64,000 nucleotides of DNA from a virus, in IMG/VR virus record IMGVR_UViG_3300021430_000595; one strand, given 5' to 3'. The notes under the pieces were generated by a model. It was not told the DNA's origin. It searched no databases and was given only the letters and a program-made list of their open reading frames with translations. The number at the start of each line of letters is the position of its first letter. Position 1 is the stretch's first letter. Made by a program: the position numbers and the translations under genes. This document shows, piece by piece, positions 51,999 through 59,569 of the stretch.

Positions 51999-52003
51999 GA
52001 GTA

Positions 52004-52598
52004 TACCGGAAAATGAGCGAGTGAGTTTTCATTTTTGGATTGAATTTTAGAAGTAACTCAACTCGTAGCCGGTAAAAGATTTTAAGATGGTAATTATTTG
52101 TCTAAAATAAAATCCCTTTTGAGGATTCTATAGGATTCGAACCTATTATAACCATAGAAGTAAGACAAAATGTAGCCATCAAATATTTTAATATTCAAAG
52201 AACTAAAGTAAATGGAAATCGTGTCAGTGATGTTTCAGTAAAAGTGAAGTTTAGAAGTAACTGAACACATAGCCATTAAGTTTTTTAAAGTGGAAAGTCC
52301 ATAACTAATTGATGTTTTCGGAATCATAGAAGTAAGTTACATGGATAGCCACCCAATAAGGTGGACGGAAAGAGTATGAGTAATAAACATCCAATTGTTG
52401 ATAGAAGTAACTACATACATAGCCGTCAAATGAGTTTATGTGGAGATTGTGTGTCTAACGTTGTATCTGATAGTTGTATGTTAGAAGTAAGACCCTTGCA
52501 CCGATACTTTTGTCAATTCTAAGACCCAAAACAGAACCACTCCGTGGTTTAGTGTGATGGGTGGTAGACTATCCTCTCGGTGACTCACATAGCCACAT
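52004..52598 (-). ncRNA. array of six further Y-RNA-like hairpin RNAs (52004-52074, 52086-52180, 52211-52277, 52290-52352, 52364-52427, 52437-52598)
   Basis: each unit: terminal stem ending GG, CTA, bulged stem, TTACTTCTA, variable loop, complementary strand, pyrimidine run, CC; stems co-vary. Confidence 0.75.
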
Positions 52599-52629
52599 AT
52601 AATATTTTCAAAGAACTTAATGGGTGATG

Positions 52630-54702
52630 TTACACACCCATTAATTTTCCTGTTTCTTCATAAGAGTAACAGAAGTCCTCGTACTTGAAGAATGTGTCAA
52701 CATTCTCGTCAAGAGTAACTTGTTTACCACGACCTTCTACGTGTAGAAGAACAAGGTCATACACACTTACTTTCGGTAACTCAGCGTATTGTTGAATTGC
52801 TTTAAGAGTGTTTTTAAAGTCACTTCTTGCGGTTACGAAACCATCAGAATCAATATCCAACATGATGTACTCCTTAGTCACCAAATCAATAATCGCGATT
52901 AACGTATTAGTTGATTTAGATTCCAATGATTGACAATTTGAAATTGTCTCAGGTAACCATGTTTTGTTTGACTCAGGATGTTCTCTCTCCATGATACCGA
53001 AAGATGTTTCAAGTGTATCCAAACCACGACCATTGAAGTTTCTCACGTCAATAACTGCATATTTGTAACCATTCTTCAACGCATCTTGGATATCGATGTC
53101 GATATACTCAGCACAAGGTCCTTTTCTGTGTCTCACATCACCTGAGTGAACCGATTTACCAACTCTCAAGTTACTGAAAGAAAGTACATCACTTCTTTTC
53201 TCACCAACAAAGGTAACACTCAAATCTAAGTCTTCAGAACCTCTTTCGTCCATCCAATGAACAAACGGTCTGATTACTTTTGCATCAGGGTTGTCAAGTG
53301 GAACTCTTTGACCTCTGATTGTAGGTTTAGTCGAGAAGTTCATACTTCTCATGTTGGTTGGTAGAGGTATTTTTTTCAATTCCTCATCAATCCAACAGTT
53401 ACCCAATGATTCCAATACTGAAAACTTTTCTCTAAGAGTTTCAAACAACTTAGAGTGGATAGTTTCAACAATTTGTTTTGGAATTGCTGGTAGGTTAGGT
53501 AACTCGGTACGTTTTCTCGCCCCTTTAATCATAATTGACCTATTTGTTTTAGGTTCAGTACGACCTTCAAAGTGTGAGTAAACTTCAAACAATACTTTGT
53601 TTGATGTACCTTTTACCGCCTCACCGAAGTACTTCATGATAAGTTCAATATCTTTTGGATATGTACGAACCAACCAATCAATTCTACGTGAGAATTCACC
53701 CGGTTTTTGAGATAAAACTCTCAAACCATTCTCCAAACCTTTTTTGAATGATTCATTAAGTAAACCATACCAAGAAGTAACCTTCTCGTTACGAATCTTA
53801 TTGAACGCCACATAAGATTTAGGGAATTGATTTTTATATTCACCCGGGTGTAAAATTTCACCCAAACGAACCCATCTTTGGTCTCTTAAAACCATTTCAC
53901 GAGCATCACAGTTGGTTTGTTCAAGTAAACCTAAAATGTATTTTCTTTCTTTACGAGAGAATTTTTTGAATTTGAATTTCTCTCTTTCAGGATTCGTACT
54001 TGTACGAGATGACCATCTGTTCATCCTAACTTCTTTTTGAGGGACTTTAGGTAAAGAGATATCACCACCTGAAAGGTGAACTGCAATTCTCAACACATCG
54101 GTTGTGGTTTTAACAGGTAATCCTTCGATACCCATTGCAGCCAATGTACACAAGTTTTCTTTGAATGGAATTGATTCCGGGAAAACAAGTTTATCACCAC
54201 TGTTCACAAACCATTTAACAATCTCAAGGTCTTGAGGTGTTAATGATGTGTTGATTGACACCAAATCAGTGAAGATTTTTGAGAATCTTTCTGATGTACC
54301 ATACTTAATCAAATTGTATTTGATTTTCTCGAACTTAATGTCCTTTTCGTATGTGTGGGTTGATGGTTCCCATTGACCGTTACTCCAATAGTGCATGATT
54401 GCGTTCATGTACAACTCAAAGTCCGACATCACCATAACTTCTTGTGGGAAGTTTTTATATAATGGTTGGTAATTGCGTTTTCCACCCATTACATTTTTCA
54501 AATGATTCAGAACTTCGTCATTGAAGTTTTGGATAAACGATAAATCTGATTTGGATAATTCGAAGAAGGCATCTTCGTCTAACATGTATCCCCATTGCAT
54601 TAAGTGGGATTGTACTGTTGCTACCGCGATTCTATTGTCCATACCATCGTTTGGAGGACAAACTAAACCTTTTTGGAAGGCTACCAAGTTTCTTGTTGTC
54701 AT
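52630..54702 (-). CDS. Ro/TROVE-like helical protein with C-terminal TerD-like domain
   Basis: IPFKENL, KTTTDVLR, LHPGE, KPGEFSRRIDWLVR in the helical region; TerD-type DLDLS, HSGD, AEYIDID. Confidence 0.65.
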   Translation of the reverse strand: MTTRNLVAFQKGLVCPPNDGMDNRIAVATVQSHLMQWGYMLDEDAFFELSKSDLSFIQNFNDEVLNHLKNVMGGKRNYQPLYKNFPQEVMVMSDFELYMNAIMHYWSNGQWEPSTHTYEKDIKFEKIKYNLIKYGTSERFSKIFTDLVSINTSLTPQDLEIVKWFVNSGDKLVFPESIPFKENLCTLAAMGIEGLPVKTTTDVLRIAVHLSGGDISLPKVPQKEVRMNRWSSRTSTNPEREKFKFKKFSRKERKYILGLLEQTNCDAREMVLRDQRWVRLGEILHPGEYKNQFPKSYVAFNKIRNEKVTSWYGLLNESFKKGLENGLRVLSQKPGEFSRRIDWLVRTYPKDIELIMKYFGEAVKGTSNKVLFEVYSHFEGRTEPKTNRSIMIKGARKRTELPNLPAIPKQIVETIHSKLFETLREKFSVLESLGNCWIDEELKKIPLPTNMRSMNFSTKPTIRGQRVPLDNPDAKVIRPFVHWMDERGSEDLDLSVTFVGEKRSDVLSFSNLRVGKSVHSGDVRHRKGPCAEYIDIDIQDALKNGYKYAVIDVRNFNGRGLDTLETSFGIMEREHPESNKTWLPETISNCQSLESKSTNTLIAIIDLVTKEYIMLDIDSDGFVTARSDFKNTLKAIQQYAELPKVSVYDLVLLHVEGRGKQVTLDENVDTFFKYEDFCYSYEETGKLMGV

Positions 54703-54739
54703 ATCTGTCGTATTAAATTGTTTTATTAATGTAGTTGTA

Positions 54740-54770
54740 CAAAGGTACGAAACATTTTTAAATTGTCAAG
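54740..54770 (-). promoter_or_regulatory. Bacteroidota sigmaA-type promoter for the Ro-like gene
   Basis: CTTG-N19-TACCTTTG. Confidence 0.7.
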
Positions 54771-54794
54771 TTTTTTTTAAACTTTTTTTTTTCT

Positions 54795-54869
54795 TGGTGG
54801 CTCCGGTGGGGTTCGAACCCACGACTATCGGTTTTAGAGACCGTAATGTTACCACTACACTACGGAGCC
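54795..54869 (-). tRNA. amber suppressor tRNA (CUA)
   Basis: GGCTCCG/CGGAGCC-A-CCA; anticodon arm ACGGT-CTCTAAA-ACCGA; normal D and T arms. Confidence 0.88.
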
Positions 54870-54871
54870 AT

Positions 54872-54945
54872 TGGAGGTCGGGGATGGATTTAAACCACCG
54901 TAAAAAAGCTTGCGGCTTTTCACCTAATCGCTCGGTCACCCGACC
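54872..54945 (-). tRNA. atypical tRNA-Cys(GCA)
   Basis: U73-CCA; loop CCGCAAG (C33); T-loop TTTAAAT. Confidence 0.65.
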
Positions 54946-55015
54946 ATTTGTGATTGACAATATCTCTACCATCAATCACAGTACAATATTAGAGATTAGT
55001 TATGATATCTCCAAA

Positions 55016-55354
55016 TTATTTTTCAAGATTTTTTTCAAAATCTTCTTTTTTAGTTTTCTTCTTGGGTACATAACCTCTCTTAACTCGTTCTTTCTGAATT
55101 CTTTTCTTAAAACTTCTGTCCTGAAAATAATTTCGCAATTCTCTTGATGTTTCTTCGTAGGTTTTTTTAATCTCATCGAAAAGTTTCACTTTTTCTTCAT
55201 CAGTCATTTTATTTGTTCTTTTTTCTCTCATACATTCCCACCATTCATTTGAATATCGTTTGTGTTCGGTGCATTCACCTAATAACTTATGAATCTTGTT
55301 CGAGAAAGATGATTTAATCATCATTGTTGGGTTGTGTTGTGTTGTCTTTTTCAT
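55016..55354 (-). CDS. basic hypothetical protein
   Basis: 112-aa ORF immediately downstream of the amber-containing gene. Confidence 0.6.
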   Translation of the reverse strand: MKKTTQHNPTMMIKSSFSNKIHKLLGECTEHKRYSNEWWECMREKRTNKMTDEEKVKLFDEIKKTYEETSRELRNYFQDRSFKKRIQKERVKRGYVPKKKTKKEDFEKNLEK

Positions 55355-55356
55355 TT

Positions 55357-55611
55357 TTAAAAAATTTTAGCTGTTATTATGTTATTATTTTCCTCAATCT
55401 CCAAATTCGCTTTGAATTTTATACTCCCCTTGGTATGAGGGTTATCGGGAGTTTCTTTTGTTGAGAATCCCACACCCGGTGAGACATCAACGTGATGAAC
55501 ATAATAAGTGTCGCCACGACATTTCACAACCCACATTGGGATTGTTGGGTCTTCTAAATGTTTCTTGTTGAAGTGAAAAATAATTTCACATTTTTTGTTA
55601 ATCTACTTCAT
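55357..55611 (-). CDS. 84-aa protein with in-frame UAG at codon 3 (missed by ORF track)
   Basis: ATG AAG TAG ATT AAC...; MK*INKKCEIIFHFNKKHLEDPTIPMWVVK...HTKGSIKF...KIF; fills the operon gap exactly. Confidence 0.7.
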
Positions 55612-55615
55612 GATT

Positions 55616-55975
55616 TTAAAGATTAAATTGTTTATTGTTATTATATTCCTTTAAGGATAAAGGCAATGAGGATGTGTATCTTCTCGTACTTTCAGTTTCG
55701 AGAAAACAAATTGATGTTAGTTGATTCCCGATATCGGGTTCAATAAAGTGAGACACAGGGATACCTGAATCTTCTAACTTAAAAAGTAATTCTTGTAATT
55801 TTTTTTCTGAATCGATGGATAATGAGATGAGAAAACTGTTGTTCCATCGTTTCGACAATTCGGGGTGTTCTAAAATGAACTGAGAGATTGCATGTCCCGA
55901 TTGTGCAATTTGATACCCGGGTTTTAAGTCATTGCGGGTTACGACTACGAGTCTGTTAATCTAATGTCTTTTCAT
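55616..55975 (-). CDS. PTH2-like peptidyl-tRNA hydrolase with in-frame UAG at codon 5
   Basis: MKRH*INRLVVVTRNDLKPGYQIAQSGHA...EPDIGNQLTSI...LPL; the N-terminal PTH2 motif lies upstream of the ORF-track start. Confidence 0.75.
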
Positions 55976-56029
55976 GATGTTATAAATATTACGGTACAAA
56001 GATAAAGAAAGTTTTTTAAAAAACAAGCT

Positions 56030-56470
56030 TTATACAAAATTTTTTATTTCTCTTTCAGAATCCCTCTTTTTAATTGTTTCTCTTTTATCATAGAGTTTCT
56101 TACCTCTAGCTAATGCAATTTCAACCTTAACCATACCATTATCACTAAAAAACAAACGATATGGTATGATTGTGATATTATCGGTCAACTCATCTTTTAA
56201 CTTAGTTAATTCTTTTTTAGTTAAAAGAAGTTTTCTATCTCTTGTTGGAGAATGAGAGTAATGCGAACCATCACTTTGTATATTCATGTTCTTAATGAAT
56301 AATTCATGTCCATTGAAAACACAAAACGAATCCGTTAACGATGCTTTACCGGAACGAATAGATTTAACCTCACTACCGGTTAATTGAATACCAGAAATTT
56401 CGGTTCGAATAAATGAATACTCGAACCTTGATTTCCTATTTGTAATTGTTATGTTGGTTTTTAGTTTCAT
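56030..56470 (-). CDS. smpB: SsrA-binding protein
   Basis: NRKSRFEY; GIQLTGSEVKSIR; RDRKLLL; RGKKLYDKRETIK. Confidence 0.95.
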   Translation of the reverse strand: MKLKTNITITNRKSRFEYSFIRTEISGIQLTGSEVKSIRSGKASLTDSFCVFNGHELFIKNMNIQSDGSHYSHSPTRDRKLLLTKKELTKLKDELTDNITIIPYRLFFSDNGMVKVEIALARGKKLYDKRETIKKRDSEREIKNFV

Positions 56471-56931
56471 TAGATTCTAACTAAGTGGTTTGCACTATAT
56501 GTTACCATTGCACCTTCGTGTTTGTATCTTACCTTGTAACCCATACCTTCAACCAAACCAACCGCTTGTCTTAAAACTTTGTTTGATTTGTATCTTGGGT
56601 CAGGGTTCAAATCGATATCAATCCAAGTTGCTTTTGGTAAATCGTTGTTTCTTAAAAGTTCTGCAACTTCAACCGCTTTCCAAACCTCACTCATAAGTCT
56701 ATATGATGTGTCCCTCTCAAATGGGGTCGTTTCTTTTGTACAAAGTACGTGTGCGCCTTTACCTTTAGTGTACAGAGCAATAACCACCCCATAAACAGTT
56801 TTTGAATTACTGAATGATTGTGAATCTGAACCAATCAGAATCTCAACATCGGATTTATCCGCTAGGTAGTCTTTGATGTAGGTGATAACATCTGTTATCG
56901 GTTTTCCGTACAATGTTTTAAACGTTTTCAT
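56470..56931 (-). CDS. RNase H-like YkuK/DUF458 protein
   Basis: LIGSDSQ; GKGA; RLMSEV; IDIDLN; YKSN. Confidence 0.8.
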   Translation of the reverse strand: MKTFKTLYGKPITDVITYIKDYLADKSDVEILIGSDSQSFSNSKTVYGVVIALYTKGKGAHVLCTKETTPFERDTSYRLMSEVWKAVEVAELLRNNDLPKATWIDIDLNPDPRYKSNKVLRQAVGLVEGMGYKVRYKHEGAMVTYSANHLVRI

Positions 56932-56962
56932 GTCATATTCTTTACAATTAATAAATACTTAT

Positions 56963-57051
56963 TGGCGGAGAGAGAGGGGCTCGAACCCTCGCGGCTGTGA
57001 CACCCTATCAGTTTAGCAAACTGACCCCTTCACCAACTTGGGTATCTCTCC
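56963..57051 (-). tRNA. tRNA-Ser(GCU)
   Basis: cloverleaf, long variable arm, CCA. Confidence 0.9.
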
Positions 57052-57226
57052 ATTGAGTTTTTCTGTACTCTTTCCAATTTCTAATTCCTCGATGCTTCTT
57101 CCAAAAGTTACATCCACTATGAGGTCCACAAATTGGACAAAGTCCCTCATAACTGTCTAACATTTGTCTCTTGAGTATTTTATACACTCTTGAGTTTGTT
57201 GTTGATTCTAGTTTTTCTTTTTTCAT
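57008..57226 (-). CDS. small Cys-containing basic protein (3' end overlaps tRNA-Ser)
   Basis: CPICGPHSGC; RNWKEYRKTQW. Confidence 0.55.
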   Translation of the reverse strand: MKKEKLESTTNSRVYKILKRQMLDSYEGLCPICGPHSGCNFWKKHRGIRNWKEYRKTQWRDTQVGEGVSLLN

Positions 57227-57270
57227 TTTTCCTGTAGATTAATCTACAAGAAGTCGTATGTTTTTTTCAT
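57223..57270 (-). promoter_or_regulatory. amber-containing leader ORF MKKTYDFL*INLQEK* coupled (ATGA) to the 57226 gene
   Basis: TAG ATT AAT inside hairpin TTCTTGTAGA-TTAA-TCTACAGGAA. Confidence 0.55.
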
Positions 57271-57287
57271 AATAATAATTTTTGTTG

Positions 57288-57360
57288 TTGTCCCGCTAGG
57301 GCTCGAACCTAGACTCTTCTGAACCAAAATCAGACGTGTTGCCAGTTACACCACAGGACA
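57288..57360 (-). tRNA. tRNA-Gln(UUG)
   Basis: cloverleaf; loop TTTTGGT. Confidence 0.9.
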
Positions 57361-57370
57361 ATATTATTTG

Positions 57371-57444
57371 AGCGAGTAGTCGGTCTCGAACCGACCCTAT
57401 TCCACATTGGAAGTGTGGTGCCATACCTACTAGGCGATACTCGC
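57371..57444 (-). tRNA. tRNA-Gly(UCC)
   Basis: cloverleaf; loop CTTCCAA. Confidence 0.88.
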
Positions 57445-57454
57445 TTATCTCTTT

Positions 57455-57856
57455 TTATTTCTTATATCTTTCTTTCCTACCTTTACCTCTTCGACCAAAA
57501 AATTCAGTTAAAGAATGACAGTTAGGACAAAGTAATTCAACGTTTGATAAATCATGATTATGTGGATTTCCATCTATATGATTAATTTGGATTGGGACAA
57601 TTCCGGTGTATTCATTTACTTTATCCCATTCACATAACATACATTTCTCACCAAATTTTTCTATCAAATATTTTTTTGTTATTTCGTGGATGGTGTCACA
57701 CCTTGTATACCTTTCAAAATTATTTTCCTCTAAAGATTTGAAAATATTTTTTCTCTGATAATCAAACTGACATTTATTGTTACAATAAACATTTCTGTTA
57801 GGTATTTCACAACCACAATTCAAACATTGTTTTTCTTTTTTTTCTCTATTTCTCAT
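57455..57856 (-). CDS. HNH homing endonuclease
   Basis: CMLCEW; INHIDGNPHNHDLSNVELLCPNCHS. Confidence 0.88.
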   Translation of the reverse strand: MRNREKKEKQCLNCGCEIPNRNVYCNNKCQFDYQRKNIFKSLEENNFERYTRCDTIHEITKKYLIEKFGEKCMLCEWDKVNEYTGIVPIQINHIDGNPHNHDLSNVELLCPNCHSLTEFFGRRGKGRKERYKK

Positions 57857-57903
57857 TGGACGACCATTATTTAATAATAAATATTGGTTGTCCGTGAAAA
57901 GTG

Positions 57904-57975
57904 AGCGGGTAATCAGAATCGAACTGACATCCTCGGCTTGGCAAGCCGATGCACTAACCGTTGTGCTATACCCGC
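57904..57975 (-). tRNA. tRNA-Gly(GCC)
   Basis: cloverleaf; loop TTGCCAA. Confidence 0.9.
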
Positions 57976-58045
57976 TTGGAGTGGTCTTCCCATAACAATT
58001 TCCCTATTGGGTTTGGAGTTAAGGGTACGACCACATGTTTGGTGG

Positions 58046-58498
58046 TTATTGTTGATTTTTCTCTTGCCACTCATACGATACCGAATCTTCAATAATCGGT
58101 CCACCTTTAGCCCATGTTTTACATGTTCTAGCTGAGTGACATTTGAAATGATGCATCCAACAGTAACCCAATCTACCACTATCATCAGAAACAGGACCTG
58201 GCATACATTCGTCCATTCTAGGTGAAATATCAAATGCAACGCAGTTACCACATAGTGATTTCTTTACCGCTTCAACTGTGGTATCCCACTCATTTGCTAG
58301 ACTTTCCCAATAATCACCGGGTTCATCAATATTAAGTGGACCATATTTTATATAATCTGCTTTTATTGCTTTGTCCCTGTTATTAGTGTTCAACTCTAAG
58401 TCTTGAGTTGGTTTTGGACACTCCATTTCTTTTTCTGATAACAACCTTTTGTTTAATCTTTCAATAAGTTGTTTTTTCTTTTTAAGTTCAATTCCCAT
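58046..58498 (-). CDS. Cys-rich metal-binding phage protein
   Basis: CGNCVAF...GYCWMHHFKCHSARTCKTW; TATTTAT upstream. Confidence 0.7.
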   Translation of the reverse strand: MGIELKKKKQLIERLNKRLLSEKEMECPKPTQDLELNTNNRDKAIKADYIKYGPLNIDEPGDYWESLANEWDTTVEAVKKSLCGNCVAFDISPRMDECMPGPVSDDSGRLGYCWMHHFKCHSARTCKTWAKGGPIIEDSVSYEWQEKNQQ

Positions 58499-58545
58499 AA
58501 TACTTTTATTATATAAATATTATTCGTGAATTTAAATCCTTTTTG

Positions 58546-58619
58546 TGGGCCCTCACGGGTTCGAACCGTGGACCTAATGATTATGAGTCATTTGCTCTAA
58601 CCTACTGAGCTAAGGGCCC
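58546..58619 (-). tRNA. tRNA-Ile2(CAU)
   Basis: GGGCCCTTAGCTCAG start; loop CTCATAA. Confidence 0.8.
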
Positions 58620-58621
58620 GA

Positions 58622-58698
58622 TGGTAGTGGTGACGGGATTTGAACCCATAACCTTGACTGTATAAGAGTCCTGCTCTCACCAATTGAGCTACACCACC
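58622..58698 (-). tRNA. tRNA-Ile(UAU)
   Basis: loop CTTATAC; A73-CCA. Confidence 0.8.
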
Positions 58699-59240
58699 GA
58701 ATCTAAAACAAATTCTATTATCGTAAAATCCATATCTTCATCATCATAGATTTTTATGTTTTCAGGTTCGATGTTGTATGAACACATATCACAATCCCAC
58801 AATGCAAATCTTAGACCTTTCTTGAATTCGTCCATGTTTTTAATATTCAACAATCCCATGTGACATTTTAATGGGTTTGGTAAATATTTTCTATCTAACA
58901 TCTTGTTATGTTGAAGATACAACTCCCATTTTTCTTTGTCACCATTTTCATCAACACCATTCCATTCTCCACCGTGTCTTGTTGTTACATACCATTCGGT
59001 ATTCAATCTTTCATTCTCCAATGCATCTTCTTCAGATACTTCAATCACACGTCTTGATTGTAACATATCTGTCGATAGGGTTGGTAAAAAATGATTAACA
59101 ATTTCCAAACCAACGTAGTATCCAAGTTGAAATCCTGTACTTATATTTTTCTTTCGTTCAATTTTTTCTTGTTTCCTTTTCTCCCTCATTTCGGGTGTTA
59201 TAGAATCAAGTAAGTCTTGAATTTTTTTATTTCTTGTCAT
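58689..59240 (-). CDS. hypothetical protein
   Basis: 183 aa; its TAG stop lies within the 5' end of tRNA-Ile(UAU). Confidence 0.65.
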   Translation of the reverse strand: MTRNKKIQDLLDSITPEMREKRKQEKIERKKNISTGFQLGYYVGLEIVNHFLPTLSTDMLQSRRVIEVSEEDALENERLNTEWYVTTRHGGEWNGVDENGDKEKWELYLQHNKMLDRKYLPNPLKCHMGLLNIKNMDEFKKGLRFALWDCDMCSYNIEPENIKIYDDEDMDFTIIEFVLDSVV

Positions 59241-59255
59241 TGTGTCTTTTTTTTG

Positions 59256-59338
59256 TGGTGCCGGTAGGACTCGAACCTACAAGCCAATAAAGGACCTGAT
59301 TTACAGTCAGGCGAGCCAACCAATTGCTCAACGACACC
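59256..59338 (-). tRNA. tRNA-Tyr(GUA)
   Basis: cloverleaf, long variable arm. Confidence 0.9.
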
Positions 59339-59347
59339 ATTTTTTTG

Positions 59348-59427
59348 TACCTCGGGTCGGACTCGAACCGACACGTCTCTCGACACGGTTTCTAAGACCG
59401 CTGTGTATACCATTCCACCACCAAGGC
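59348..59427 (-). tRNA. tRNA-Leu(UAG)
   Basis: cloverleaf; loop CTTAGAA. Confidence 0.9.
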
Positions 59428-59435
59428 ATTTTTTG

Positions 59436-59519
59436 CTGACACGGTAGGATTCGAACCTACGATGTGGTTACCCAGTCAGGTTAACAGCCTGATGCTCTCG
59501 GCCTCTAAGCGACGTGTCA
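59436..59519 (-). tRNA. tRNA-Asn(GUU) with long variable arm
   Basis: loop CTGTTAA; G73; variable region CTGGGTAACCACATC. Confidence 0.8.
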
Positions 59520-59569
59520 AGTTTGTGTGTCTTCCCACACCTCCAGATTGTTCCCCTCACCACTCTAAT

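Noticed and set aside
51920-52600. CRISPR array (regularly spaced repeats)
   Set aside because: Conserved parts are only 5+9 nt and split, each unit base-pairs across its own variable region, unit lengths vary from 63 to 162 nt, and no cas genes are present
418-53581. Numerous 60-120-aa antisense or nested ORFs (e.g. 418, 1961, 3286, 6554, 10954, 15902, 19079, 27510, 33492, 44235, 50044, 53351)
   Set aside because: Contained within longer motif-bearing genes, with no independent expression signals
54795-54869. tRNA-Pyl / pyrrolysine system
   Set aside because: The CUCUAAA loop matches, but D-loop, variable loop and T-loop are canonical and no pyl genes are in the window
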